Source: Octopus vulgaris (Eukaryota). Taken from it: DNA of 64,000 nt. Positions 24,886-38,212 of the stretch are shown in pieces (within the stretch, counting starts at the first letter, position 1; each line of letters begins with the position of its first letter). Location of the stretch: NCBI GenBank assembly GCA_951406725.2, contig OX597815.1:72230001-72294000 (forward strand), given 5' to 3'. The notes beneath the pieces are model-generated. The model saw nothing but the letters and a program-made list of their open reading frames with translations, did no database searches and was not told the origin of the DNA. Both the position numbers and the translations under genes were made by a program.

Positions 24886-25381
24886 ATGATCAGAAGAGAG
24901 AAGTCTCACAACACTGAATCTTGTCTCTCAGTAAACAATTAAATGCAATATGCAACTTAAATCATCATATTTCTTCCTCCCCACACTCTCTCTCTCTTTC
25001 TTTTTCTCCTCCTCCTCCTCCTCCTCCCCATCTCTCTTCTCTCTCTCTTTCCCCTCTCTCCTTCCTCTCTTCCTTGCTCTCCTTTTCTACATAAGCGTAA
25101 CGATCTCTGATGATTCTATCAAGTACTTCACAAGCCAGAAATACACAACAAACGCTGACATCACCGAAAGCAAGAACTACAAAGGTCACAGAACAACGTC
25201 CAAATGAAAAGTTCTTCACTCTTCGCCAAATACATGACAAATTCAAAGAAAACCAATTTCTTAAGAAGGAATCCTAACAGTTTTAGATTTGATTTCTGAG
25301 TGGAAGCAAATAGTTTCACCGACATCAACTAACCTTTCGCAATTCTAGCTTTAAATCCTAGACAGATCAACGTAGTCTTCC

Positions 25382-25456
<75 letters not shown>

Positions 25457-25737
25457 GAATTTACAAAAAAAGACGAAGACGGGTTTGTATATATTTATAT
25501 ATACACACACACAAATGATAAGAAGAAGACAAAGAAAATTCTTTAACACATCTTTAATGATTCGTTACAATTATTTCTGTACCAATTCTATTTGCAATCC
25601 CAGTTTTCACAATAATTCGAACTGAAAATTTAAATAATGTTAGCGGTTTTAGACATTAGAGGGGTATTTCATAAGACTTGCCTCAAAAGTGTGCTGTCAC
25701 ATACATGTGTGTGTGTGTGTGTGTGTGTTTGTGTGTA

Positions 25738-26146
25738 GGTGCAGGAGTGGCTATGTGGTAAGTACCTTGCTTACCAGCCACATGGTTCTGGGTTCAGTCC
25801 CACTGCGTGACACCTTGGGCAAGTGTCTTCTACTATAGCCTCGGGCCGACCAAAGCCCTGTGAGTGGATTTGGTAGACGGAAACTGAAAGAAGCCCGTCG
25901 TATATATGTATATATATATATATATTTGTGTGTGTGTGTTTGTGTGTCTGTATTTGTCCCCCTAGCATTGCTTGACAACCGATGCTGGTGTGCTTATGTC
26001 CCCGTAACTTCGCGGTTCGGCAAAAGAGACCGATAGAATAAGTACTAGGCTTACAAAGAATAAGTCCCGGGGTCGATTAGCTCGACTAAAGGCGGTGCTC
26101 CAGCATGGCCACAGTCAAATGACCTCAAACAAGTAAAAGAGTAAAA
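25738..26146 (+). mobile_element. CORE-type tRNA SINE, full length
   Basis: A-box-like TGGCTATGTGG, B box GGTTCAGTCCC, CORE ACCTTGGGCAAGTGTCTT, internal (TA)(TG), tail AAGTAAAAGAGTAAAA. Confidence 0.9.
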
Positions 26147-26637
26147 TATGCACCTTGTAGTCAACCACCTGATGTTATCAACAGTATGGATGTAAATGCC
26201 ACTGGATTTAATTCAGGAATTCCTTTGACCTTCTCAGTATGGACAGCAGTCGGCTGGCATAGCTTACATGGTCATAGAAACACTCATAACCCCCACTTCA
26301 CAACAAAGATTGGATCTCGTAGTGGCTTCCAGGGATATAGTCAAATGGAAATGTACCCTCTAAAGCGTATTCGCAGGTTCACAGGGTTAGACCATAACTT
26401 GTTCTTAATTCATTGAACCTATTTACTACAAAGTAGATGGGGCTATTAAGACGTTGACTCTTTGAATGCGAAAAGCGTATATATCTGCTTAAAATTTTAC
26501 TGCCGTTAACTGCAGAATGCGATTTAACCCCATGGCTTTTGAAAAAAAATCTCTCCTTATACGTAACATCAAAACCTTTATAATACGTAAAATTATAAGT
26601 TTTCTCACACCCTTTTTTTAAAAGTCTGAATTTGGCG

Positions 26638-26718
<81 letters not shown>

Positions 26719-26719
<1 letters not shown>

Positions 26720-27035
26720 GCCGGTGAGCTGGCAGAATCGTTAGTATGCCGGGTGAAATGCTTAGCGGTATTTCGCCCGTCGCTCCGTTCTGAGTTCAAA
26801 TTCCGCCGAGGTCGACTTTGCCTTTCATCCTTTCGGGGTCGATTAAATAAGTACCAGCTACCCACTGAGGTCGATGTAATCGACTTAATCCGTTTGTCTG
26901 TCCTTGTTTGTCCTCTCTGTGTTTAGTCCCTTGTGGGCAGTAAAGAAATAGCTATTTCGCCCGGCGCTCCTTTTTGAGTTCAAATTCCACTGAAGCCGAC
27001 TTTGCCTTTCATCCTCTCGGGTTCGTTAAATTGAC
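26719..27035 (+). mobile_element. Nin/Deu SINE, dimeric form, after (TTA)n 26640-26718
   Basis: Full first unit plus partial second core. Confidence 0.88.
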
Positions 27036-27039
27036 TACC

Positions 27040-27541
27040 AGAGAAAAAAGGGAAGAAAGACAGAGAGAAAGAATAAAATAAATGTAAACAAAGAAAATAA
27101 AGGGGAACAATGCTCTTCTCAATATGTGTGACGTACCAGTTAAAACAACCTTTTGCACTTCCTGTATGGATGGTAAATAATTTTCAGTTCCTTTCTTGAT
27201 CATTCCAAGTGTTCCTACAATTACTGGTATTGTAACCGTTTTGAGATGCCGCATCTTTTCGATTTCGATTAGCAAATCTCAATATTTTCTGAGCTTATCA
27301 AATTCTTTTGCAGAGATATTATAATCACAGCTATGCTCATTTCAATCAATAAACAGACTACTGTTTTGGTCTTTCACAACAATATCTGGTTTGTTTGCTT
27401 TGATGCTCCGGTCTGTACATACTGGAAAGTCCCAAAGAATAGTTACATTTTCTCCCTCAGTTACAGCCTCATGGTGGTGCTTGTACCATTTTTCAGCAGT
27501 TTTGATTTTATAATGCCGATAGATTATCCAGATTATCCAGT
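27040..27541 (-). pseudogene. R4/Dong-clade 3' fragment, family B (RLE domain)
   Basis: LLIEIEKMRHLKTVTIPVIVGTLGMIKKG...VQKVVLTGTSHILRRAL; homologous to 28840-29300. Confidence 0.85.
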
Positions 27542-27919
27542 GTAAATATTTGTCGTGCTCTCACTGCATTACCGAGCGCAACCTCTTGTGCCTTTGGTAT
27601 GTACTGTGGTTTGTTGTGGTGCTCTTATTTTCACTGTTTTGAAAGTGATTTACGTAGAATGTGTGCGATACCTAGTAGAGCTATTTTCTGTATGTTATAT
27701 ATATTCGTAATGTCTCGGTTATGAATTTGTCTGTATGGTTTTTTATAATATCTAATGCACCTATTATTATGGGGGTTGTTTTTACTTTTAGGCTCCGCAT
27801 TCGAATTATCTCTATTTCCAGATCTTTCTATTTTGAGAGATTCTCCGTTTCTTTTAGAGATACGTTGTCATATGTTAGGATTGATATATCGATTTTTTCT
27901 CGGTGATCTCTGACAACTA
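27542..27919 (-). pseudogene. R4/Dong-clade short 3' fragment, family A, diverged
   Basis: Homologous to 27972-28380 and to the reverse complement of 31945-32335. Confidence 0.8.
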
Positions 27920-27970
<51 letters not shown>

Positions 27971-27971
27971 G

Positions 27972-28596
27972 TAATTTTATTTTTATAACGTGCTTTCACT
28001 TCACTACCGAGCGCAGCTCTGTGTGCCATGGGTATATGCTGTGGTTTGCTGTGATGCTCTTATGGTTACTGTATTGAAAGTGTTTTGCGTAGGATGTGTG
28101 CAGTGCCCAGTAGTGCAATTTTCTGTATGTTATATATATTTGTAAGTCCTGGTGTTTTTGCTATGTATTTGTCTGAATATTTTTTTTATCATACCTAATG
28201 CGCCTACTATGATAGGAATTGTTTCTGTTTTTAGATTCCACATTCGAGTTACCTCTATTTCCAGGTCTTTGCATTTTTGAAAGTTTCTCCATTTCTTTTA
28301 GAGACACGTTGTCATCTGCTGGTATTGATACATCAATTAGAAAGCATTTTTTTCCCTTCATGATCTCTGACAACTATATTTGGCCCATTGGCCTTAATTT
28401 TTCTATCTGTGTGTACTGGCATATCTCAGAGTATGGTTGCTTTCTCGTTTTCTGTGACCTTTTCTGGTGTGTGCCTATACCATCTTTTTTCTGTTGTTAT
28501 TCCATAGTGTTGGCATAGCTTCCAGTGTATGTAGGTCCCAACTCTGTCGTGTCTGTGACTATATTCCTTCTTAGCCAGGATTGGGCAGCCAGATAT
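27972..28596 (-). pseudogene. R4/Dong-clade 3' fragment, family A
   Basis: ISGCPILAKKEYSHRHDRVGTYIHWKLC...FLIDVSIPADDNVSLKEMEKLSK; nearly identical to 31725-32345; (TAA)n on both sides. Confidence 0.92.
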
Positions 28597-28661
28597 ATCA
28601 TTATTATTGTTGTTGTTGTTGTTGTTATTGTTATTGTTATTATTATTATTATCATTATTAT

Positions 28662-29570
28662 TACTTTTTTTTCCTTCTTTCAAATTTGCTTCCATTTCTT
28701 GCCGAGTGTCTTCCCGACTCCTAGGGCAAAGAAACTCATAGTATACGTTGGTAGGCCATTAAACCAAACTCAGTAGTTCGTTCATTTTTTTTTTTTTTTA
28801 AGTTAAATTAAAATACATGAGCAGCAACAGTTCTCACAGCGACAATGCTCTTCTCAATACGTGTGATGTACCAGTTAAGACAATCTTTTGCACTTCTTGC
28901 AGGGATGGTAAGCCAGGGATCATTCTCATATAATTTTCGGTTCCCTTCTTGATCATTCCTAGTGCTCCTACGATCACTGGTATTGTAACCGCCTTGAGAT
29001 GTCACATTTTCTCAATTTCAATGAGTAGGTCTTTATATTTTCTGAGCTTGTCAAACTCTTTCGCTGAGATATTATGATCACAGGGGATGCTCATGTCGAT
29101 CAATAAGCAAACTTTATTGTTTTGGTCTTTCACAACAATATCTGGTTTATTGGCCTTGATGGTTCGGTCTGTATGTACTGGAAAGTCCCACAGAATCGTT
29201 ACATTTTCTCCTTCAGTTACAGCCTCAGGGTGGTGATTATACCACTTGTCGGCAGTTTTGATATTGTAATGCCGACTTATTAGCCAGTGGAGATATTGGC
29301 CAACTCTGTCATGTCTTAATTTATACTCCACTGGTGCTAAGACTTTACATCCAGAGATTAGGTGGTCCACTGTTTCAATCATGTCGTTGCAGAATCGGCA
29401 TTTTGGGTCTGCTCCATTTTTCATCACATTGGCCTGGTAGTTCCGGGTTAATAGGCTTTGATCTTGAGCAGCCAGGATGAAACCTTCGCTCTCTGCTTTT
29501 AGCCCTGAGCTCCGTAGCCACTGATGGGTTTGCTTCTGGTCAACATCAGCTTGTTTGCTGCGGGTCACAT
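28662..29570 (-). pseudogene. R4/Dong-clade 3' fragment, family B (CCHC knuckle + RLE)
   Basis: ORF 29002-29568: CRFCNDMIETVDHLISGC, RHDRV, KPDIVV, LIDMSIP, KLRKYKDL; (TAA)n on both sides. Confidence 0.93.
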
Positions 29571-29580
29571 ATTATTATTA

Positions 29581-29644
<64 letters not shown>

Positions 29645-29682
29645 CATTTTATTAAATTTTTACACATATTTCATCAAATTCA

Positions 29683-29778
29683 GGTCACTGGCCACGGCAT
29701 ATGGCGTAGCGGTTAAGAGCACGGGCTACTAACCCCAAGATTCTGAGTTCGATTCCAGGCAGCGACCTGAATGATAAC

Positions 29779-29824
<46 letters not shown>

Positions 29825-29826
29825 GT
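29683..29826 (+). mobile_element. tRNA-like SINE head plus (TAA)n (5' half of a split element)
   Basis: GGTCACTG/CAGCGACC closing stem, A box TGGCGTAGCGG (29702-12), GGG-CTACTAA-CCC anticodon-like arm, B box GTTCGATTCC (29747-56). Confidence 0.8.
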
Positions 29827-32348
29827 AACCAAAAAAAGGAGTATTAAAACAACAAACTCAGCATCTGAGCAACTTTGAACCCCCATAACAACTGAAGAGG
29901 TCACCCAGGCACTGCAAAGACTACGCAACTGGAAGGCACCTGGGCATGACAAGATCCCCAACTTCTGGTTGAAATATCTAACAGGAATGCACAAAAAGCT
30001 GGCTGAAAACTTTAACAACATACTAGCAGAGCCAGAGACAATGCCTGAATGGCTCACGAAGGGGAAAAACCATCTTAATTCCCAAATCAAATGAGACAGC
30101 AAAACCAGAAAACTACAGACCAATAACCTGTCTCCCTACAATGTACAAGGCATTTACTGCAGTGATATCGCAAAGGTTGAACAAGCACCTGGACGAAAAC
30201 AACCTGTTTCCAGAAGAGCAGAAAGGATGCCGCAAAGGCTCATATAGCTGTAAAGATCAACTAATGATTAATAAAGCCATAACTGAAGACAGCCACAAAA
30301 AGAAGAAAGGCCTCAGTATGGCCTGGATCGACTACAAAAATGTGTTTGATAGCATCCCCCACACATGGATCCTCGAAACACTAGCCATTAACAATGTAGC
30401 ACCAACAATTATAAAATTCATAGGGCACTCTATGAATAAATGGCAAACAGTGCTACAGCTCCATCCCCATTAGAAGAGGAATATTCCAGGGAGACACGCT
30501 CTCTCCACTCCTTTTCTGCTTGGCACTGTCACCTCTATCTGATATGCTAAATAGAACTGGATGCGGATTTAAATGTTACGGCAAAACGATCAGCCACCTT
30601 TTATATATGGATGACCTAAAACTATACGCTACAAATGACAAACAGCTGGAAACACTATTAAAGACAGTTCATGGATTTACCAAAGAAATAGATATGAAAT
30701 TTGGATTAGAAAAATGCGCAAAAGTAACCATGAAAAGAGGAAAACTAGTTAAGAGTAGCAACATCACACTAGATAAAACCAATGAAATAAAAGAATTAGA
30801 CCAAAGCCAAACTTACAAATACTTAGGAATCCATGAACTAGATAAGACACAACACACACAAACGAAAGAGAAAATAAAAAAAGAATATTATAGACGAGTT
30901 AGATGAATACTAAAAACAGAGCTCAATGCTAAAAACAAGATAATAGGTATTAACACTTTAGCTGTCCCAGTTATAAGTTGCAGCTACAATATCCTTAACT
31001 GGACACTAAATGAACTGACCAAAATAGATAGGAAAACAAGAAAAATAATGACAGGATCTAGGATGCATCACCCAAAATCTGACATAGAAAGACTATATAT
31101 ACAACGTATAGAAGGTGGTAAAGGCCTTATACAGCTGGAAAACTACTATAAAATAACCACCATAGGACTGCAAAAATATCTACTTCAGAAGGAAGGGAAA
31201 TTGATACAAATAGCAGCAAAACACGAGCAAAACAAAAAAACTGTTCTCAGTATTTAAGGAAGCTGACAAATACAAACAAGAAATCATACCACCTAATAAA
31301 TATGAAGAAGAAGAAGAAGAAGAAGAAGAAGAAGAAGAAGAAGAAGAAGAAGAAGAAGAAGAAGAAGAAGAAGAAGAAGAAGAAGAAGAAGAAGAAGAAG
31401 AAGAAGAAGAAGAAACAACAAAAGCTATAAAACAAATGAAATCCAAACTAAAAATAGAACAGCAACGAACCATGATAAAACGATGGCAAGAAAAGCCCCT
31501 TCATGGTAAATACTGGACTAAACTAAACGCAAAAGAAATAGACAAAGAAAAATCCCAGCAATGGTTGAGAAGCTCAGGACTCAAAGCAGAAACAGAGGGA
31601 TTTTTAATTGCAGCACAAGACCAAAGCCTCCCCACCAGAAATTACCAAAAACATGTAATGAAAAGAAATATAACAAGTAACTGCAGAATATGTGGAGATG
31701 GACAAGAAACAATAAATCATATTATCTCTAGCTGCCCAGTCCTGGCTAAGAAGGAATATATTCGCAGACATGACAGAGTTGGAACCTACATACATTGGAA
31801 GCTATGCCAACACTATGGAATAACAACAGAAAAAAGATGGTATAGGCACACACCAGAAAAGGTCACAGAAAACGAGAAAGCAACCATACTCTGGGATATG
31901 CCGATACACACAGATAGAGAAATTAAGGCCAACAGACTAGATATAGTTGTCAGAGATCATGAAGAAAAAAAAGGCTTTCTAATTGATGTATCAATACCGG
32001 CAGATGACAACGTGGCTCTAAAAGAAATGGAGAAACTCTCAAAATACAAAGACCTGGAAATAGAGGTAACCAGAATGTGGAATCTAAAAACAGAAACAAT
32101 TCCTATCATAGGAGGCGCATTAGGCATGATAAAAAATATTCAGACAAATACATAACAAAAACACCAGGACTTACAAACACATACAACATACAGAAAATTG
32201 CACTACTAGGCACTGCACACATCCTACGCAGAACACTTTCCATACACTAACCATCAGAGCATCACAACAAATCACAGCACATACCTAAGGCACACAGAGC
32301 TGCGCTCGGTAGTGAAGTGAAAGCACGCTATAAAAATAAAACTACTGA
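29827..32348 (+). pseudogene. 5'-truncated R4/Dong-clade non-LTR retrotransposon, family A (RT + CCHC + RLE), frameshifted
   Basis: NWKAPGHDKI, YRPITCL, EEQKGCRKG, AWIDYKNVFDSIPH, RGIFQGDTLSPLLF, HLLYMDDLKLY, YKYLG, CRICGDGQETINHIISSC, RLDIVV (PD to LD), LIDVSIP, KLSKYKDL; (TAA)n tail. Confidence 0.95.
31304..31414 (+). repeat. (GAA)37 inside the R4 ORF, in frame as poly-Glu
   Basis: In frame with the ATG at 31436 (132 nt downstream of the first GAA). Confidence 0.9.
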
Positions 32349-32390
32349 ATAATAATAATAATAATGATAATAATAATAATAACAACAACA

Positions 32391-32533
32391 ACATCGAAAA
32401 ATACCTTAGGAATGAGAACCCAGGTTCGAAATTTCCCCAAGACACCTAATGAAGGCTGGAGGGTATATCAGCTGAAACATTGTGTTAACAAGAAAGAAGA
32501 TGAGGACAAATATCCGTCAAATGTAAATAATGA
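32391..32533 (+). mobile_element. 3' half of the split SINE, containing a decayed type I hammerhead (32441-32486)
   Basis: GACAC-CTAATGA-A-GGCTG-GAGGGTATAT-CAGCT-GAAAC-ATT-GTGTT. Confidence 0.65.
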
Positions 32534-32894
32534 TTAAAAGTTATATTTGTCTCGCTTCGCAAAATATATTTTAAATTGTACATTATAAATGCATTAAAGT
32601 ACATATTTTCGTTCACCTATCTTTTGTCGAACGAGGTAATCGATTCATATTTCCATATATGATGAGTTCTGTTTTTATACTTCTATAATGTCTTAAGAGT
32701 GTCTTAGTATTTTGGATTTTAAGTATGCGGTCACCATTTTTAAAGATGGCGGTGGCGGTCTTTCTTTTTTTTTAAGGAAGACGAGAAAGGCATATGGTAA
32801 CTACACAGAACAAGTTTGCGCAGCTGTGTACACGTTCTTTATGTTGTTGTTGTTGTTCTGGCAACTGTATTTGCAGCCAATGGCACTGTTGTGA

Positions 32895-33026
32895 TATATC
32901 ATCAGCATCAACAGCAGCAGCAGCAGGTGATGGACGATGATGGCGACGATGATGATATATGATGATGACGAGGGTATTGGAGGTGATGATGATGACGGTG
33001 ATGATGAAGAAGAGAGTGCTGGTAGC

Positions 33027-33062
<36 letters not shown>

Positions 33063-33665
33063 TACGATGATGATGATGTTTTGTTACTGCTATCCATTTC
33101 CTTAACCTTAACCCCAACACTAACTACACATTCCCACCATCTCCCTTCCTACCACAGTTAATACCACAAAACATCGACCGCCGTTGCCAACACCGCACCA
33201 ACCTCGACACAGACCGCCGCCGCCGCCGCCGCCACAACCGCCACCACCACCACCACCACCACCGACAACAACAACAACAACAACACCATCACTACACCAT
33301 CATCACCACCACCACTACTACTACCAACACACCATCACAACCACCAGTACTACCATTATCAACACCATGCCGTCACACCACCACCACCACCATTAACACC
33401 AACACAACCACCACTACGACCACCACTGCCACCATCACCACACATCACACATCATCCTCACCGTCAACAAGTCACTGCCACAACTACCATCATCATCACC
33501 ATCCTCACCACCACCACCACCACCACCACCATTACCGCCGCCACCACATTTTGCAGCATCAGTAACTTTCCCAGTACACTTCAAATGCCTCGGAAATCAT
33601 CGTCGTCGTCGTCGTCGTCATCCTTGTAGTTGTTGCCGTTGTTTTTGATGTTGATGTCGAAGAAG
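32895..33665. repeat. (GAT)n/(CAC)n/(CCG)n trinucleotide low-complexity block
   Basis: Directly visible. Confidence 0.9.
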
Positions 33666-34257
33666 TCATTCTAAAATCTTACGTCATGTATTTGTTCTGA
33701 AGAAATTTTAGGAAATACTGTAAACATCTTAGAGGTGAGGTGAAGTGGTGGGAGAGGGGGGGAGGGAGGGAGGGAAGAGGAAAAGGGGAGGCGAGAAGGT
33801 GAAAGAGGAAGGGGTTGGGGGGGGTTAATAATGCTGGAATGGTTGTTCGGCTGTTTGTTTGATCTATGTTCTGTAATCAGTGGCAGGCCTAACATTTCCT
33901 GGTTCCTACCAATATGAGCAAAGAGGGCTTTAATCATCATCATCCTCAGCATCATCATCATCATCATCATCAGCATCATCATCATCGTTATCATCATCCT
34001 CATAGTTGGAGTTGTTTAGCTCCAGGTCAACACTAATTGGACAGATCTATGATCAAAGACATTCCAACTCTGAACATCCCATATGTCTAAGGCTATCTAA
34101 GACTACATTGTGTAATGTGTCCTTAATGCATACCACAATTCATGAAATTGTATTTTTAATAACAATAGTAATACATGTGTGTGTATGTGTGAGTGTGTGT
34201 GCATTCTATAATAAACTTCGTTGCGTCTAAACATACATACATACATATATAAATATA

Positions 34258-34332
<75 letters not shown>

Positions 34333-34550
34333 TAATATATATATATAAATATATATATATGCATAAGCACACACACACATATATATATATATATACATAG
34401 ATGCATACATATGCATACGAATAAACATATATACACATGTACATATATATATATATATATGCGTACATGCATACATATACAAATATGAACATCTATACAC
34501 ATATACATACACATATTCATACATGCAAACATGCATATATATATATATAT

Positions 34551-34587
<37 letters not shown>

Positions 34588-34908
34588 TACACCCACACAC
34601 ACACACATATATATAATTACATGTATATGTATGTTTATAAGCATGTACATATACATGCACCCACAAACACACACAAATATTGAAAATTTTTCATATGTTT
34701 CATCATATATAATATTTTCTTTTCCATAAATGTTATCTCTCACTTCAGCGGTTGAACTAACATAGAAGGTCACGAGTTCAACTTCTCTTAGGGATGAAAT
34801 TACACAACGACTTTCATAATCTTTATCTTCTATAATAAACTCCATATTGTGTGCATATGAAAGTGTGTGTGTGTGTGTGTATATGTATGTATGTCTGTGT
34901 CTGTGTGC

Positions 34909-34971
<63 letters not shown>

Positions 34972-34972
34972 C

Positions 34973-35163
34973 TTTTTTACTCTTTTACTTGTTTCAGTCA
35001 TTTGATTGCGGTTATGCTGGAGCACCGCCTTTAGTCGAGCAAATCGACCCCAGGACTTATTCTTTGTAAGCCTAGTACTTATTCTATCGGTCTCTTTTGC
35101 CGAACTGCTAAGTTACGGAGACGCAAACACACCAGCATCATTGGGTGGATAAACAAAGACACA

Positions 35164-35211
<48 letters not shown>

Positions 35212-35392
35212 TATATATATACATATATACGACGGGCTTCTTTTAGTTTCCGTCTACAAAATCCACTCACAAGGCTTTGGTCGGCTTGAGGCTATAGTAG
35301 AAGACACTTGCCCAAGGTGCCACGCAGTGGGACTGAACCCGGAACCATGTGGTTGGTAAGTAAGCTACTTACCACACAGCCACTCCTGCGCC
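34973..35392 (-). mobile_element. CORE-type tRNA SINE, full length
   Basis: Reverse complement of 25738-26146. Confidence 0.9.
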
Positions 35393-35656
35393 TACACACA
35401 CACTCACACACACACATACATACATACACACACAGACGCGCGCGCGAACACACTTTCACACACACACACACACATTCACACACACACACACACATGTTTC
35501 AATCAGATTTCCTTCATTCCACTTGTTTCTATGTAGACCTCAGATTATTCTTACTTTAATGTATGTGTTGTGCTTGTGTGTATGTTTGTGCGTGCGTGTG
35601 TATGTATGTACGTATGTGTGAGTGTATGGATGTGTGTGTACACGCGCGTAGGCGAA

Positions 35657-35855
35657 GTGGCGAGCTGGCAGAAACGTTAGCACGCCGGGCGAAATGCATA
35701 GCCGTATTTCGCCGAGGTCGACTTTGCCTTTCATCCTTTCGGGGTCGATAGATTAAGTACCAGTTACGCACTGAGGTCGATGTAATCGACTTAATCCCTT
35801 TGTCTGTCCTTGTTTGTCCCCTCTGTGTGTAGCCCCTTGTGGGTAGTAAAGAAAT
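35657..35855 (+). mobile_element. Nin/Deu SINE with internal deletion, followed by a partial CORE SINE (35860-36060)
   Basis: Head and core intact, B-box segment missing. Confidence 0.85.
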
Positions 35856-36267
35856 ATACATAGCTAAGAAGTTTGTTTCCCAATCACACGGTTTCGGGTT
35901 CAATCCCACTGCGTAAATGTCTTGAGCAAATGTCTTCTACTATAGCCCCGGGTCGACCAACACCAAGCGAGTGGCAGACGGAAACTGAAGGAAGCCCGTC
36001 GTACATGTATATGTATGACTATATATATATATATATATATGTTCATGTTTCCTTATTTCGCCCGATAGATGTAAATGAATGCCTGCTAGTATCCACCAGA
36101 CAGTACGACGAAGGCTAGTCGGTCGAAACTGCGAAGTCACTATTACCACAAATCTTGTAGAAGTATGATATGTACTCTACAAAATGTATTGAACAATTCC
36201 TCATTTAATGTCAAATTGTTTTTATTACAACTCGACATAAAAACAAACATTAATGAATATATATGTG

Positions 36268-36327
<60 letters not shown>

Positions 36328-37029
36328 ATGTATGTATGTATATCCATTAATTATTCGCTTTCTTTTTTCATTTGATTGCATTTTCACTTTGTTGTTGCTG
36401 TTGTTTTGATGAAGAGGGGGAGGTGTTTTTGGTTTGTTGGTATGTTTTGTATTATGTTTTTTATAAAAAATTTTTTTTTGCTTTTCCGTTTTCTATTCTA
36501 AGGTTTTCTTTTAATTATTTTTTTGTTTACTCGCTTGTTTGACTTGTTTATTTATCTATTCACACATTTCTCTCTCTCTTTCTTTCTTTGTTTCTTTCTT
36601 TTTCCTGTTTATCTATTTATTATACTTGTTTGTTTATTGTAGTTGTTTGTTTGTTCATTAGTCTCGTTGTCTTGAAGTAATTATTTTATCATCTAACTTT
36701 GTTGTCTGCGAAGAAGGTCGGTGCAGTTCGATGGAATGAAGTGTAGAGAAAGATGAAGAGGAAGAGAAACAGATGAGGAAGGGAAAAGAGCCAAAGACGA
36801 AGATATAGAGATGAAGATGAAAGAGAAAGAGATCGAGATGAAGAGGAAGAGAATAAAATAAACAGGAACTAAACTACAAATAATAATAAAGATAAGAAAT
36901 TCGTACATAAAATCGAAGCACACATATATATGTATACATGCATGCACAACCATACACACACATATATATATGTACAATAATACATACATACAGACAGACA
37001 GGCAGACAGACAGACAGACAGACAAACAG

Positions 37030-37120
<91 letters not shown>

Positions 37121-37121
37121 C

Positions 37122-37209
<88 letters not shown>

Positions 37210-37268
37210 GCACATATACGCAAACACATACGATAAAAACACACATATACACTTATACAATAATATTT

Positions 37269-37448
37269 ACTTCTTTATTGCCCACAGGGAGCTAATTATA
37301 GAGGGGAGAAACAAGGACAGACAAAGGGATTAAGTTGATTACATCGACACCAGTGCGTAGCTGGTACTTATTTAATCGACCCCGAAAGGATGAAAGGCAA
37401 AGTCGACCTCGGTGGAATTTGAACTCAGAACGTAACGCCAGCGAAATA
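37269..37448 (-). mobile_element. Nin/Deu SINE (partial), followed by a CORE SINE 3' half on + (37480-37745)
   Basis: CCCGAAAGGATGAAAGGCAAAGTCGACCTCGGTGGAATTTGAACTC. Confidence 0.85.
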
Positions 37449-38039
37449 ATGCAGACAATAATATTGATATATTTATGTGTGTGCGTATGTGTGTGAGTGT
37501 GAGTGTGTGCGCGTTTGTTTGTGTGTGTGTGTATGTGTGTGTGCGTGTGTGTGTTTGTTTGTTCTCCTCATCGCTTGACAACCGGTGTTGATTCGTTTAT
37601 TTCCTCGTAACTTAACAGTTCGGCCTAAGTGTCTGATAGAATAAGCACTCGATTTAAGAACATGTACTTTGGTCTTTTTATTCGACAAAACCTTTCAATG
37701 TGGTGCCCCAGCGTGGCCGCAATCCAATGACGGAAACAGAAGATAAATTGAATCTGTAAATACGATGTTAATAGGCCGAACAATTACAATCTTATTGACA
37801 AGCTATCGTGTCAGATATAAATAGAAAACATTCATATGGTTTATGAAGCGACGAGAGACTTTTCAGCTGTAACCCAACACCATCACAGAGATGCACCAGA
37901 AGATACGCCGTCTCCCCTTGCTTATTACACTGTGCCACACGATTTTTGTCCTTGGGTAGTAACTGTTATTTCCTATTTGCTTAGCCCTAGAAAGTATAGA
38001 AAATGGTTAATGTTTTCTTCAAACCTTGCTTTTCTCACA

Positions 38040-38212
38040 TTTATTCAAATCCCAAATAATCCTTCATCAATACATGGTTAGGATGCTGCTCCACTACTCC
38101 TGCTCATGATCAGATATAAAGATATTGTCAGCCACTAAGGGACATGCTCAAGTGGTTAAGGTCAAGCAATTGACAAGTAAATCTGTGGTATTGAGCAGAA
38201 TATTTGCTATAG
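38040..38212. repeat. Dispersed repeat, second copy at about 42300-42472
   Basis: Shares CAGCCACTAA.GGACATGCTCAA...GACAAGTAAATCTGTGGTATTGAGCAGAATATTTG. Confidence 0.8.

Noticed and set aside
25080-25280. Possible host exon
   Set aside because: Stops break the frame, and FFTLRQIHDKFKE resembles a decayed RT segment; too weak to call either way
29683-29767. tRNA gene
   Set aside because: There are extra bases between the closing stem and the A box, the T arm is poor, and it runs into (TAA)n; better explained as a SINE head
29827-32348. Active retrotransposon
   Set aside because: 5'-truncated, with frameshifts, an in-frame stop at 30904-30906 and PD changed to LD in the endonuclease motif
36105-36138. 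ACGACGA-A-GGCT-AGTC-GGTC-GAAAC as a stand-alone ribozyme feature
   Set aside because: Stem II and GAAAC fit, but the UH triplet and stem I do not; counted only as a weak remnant
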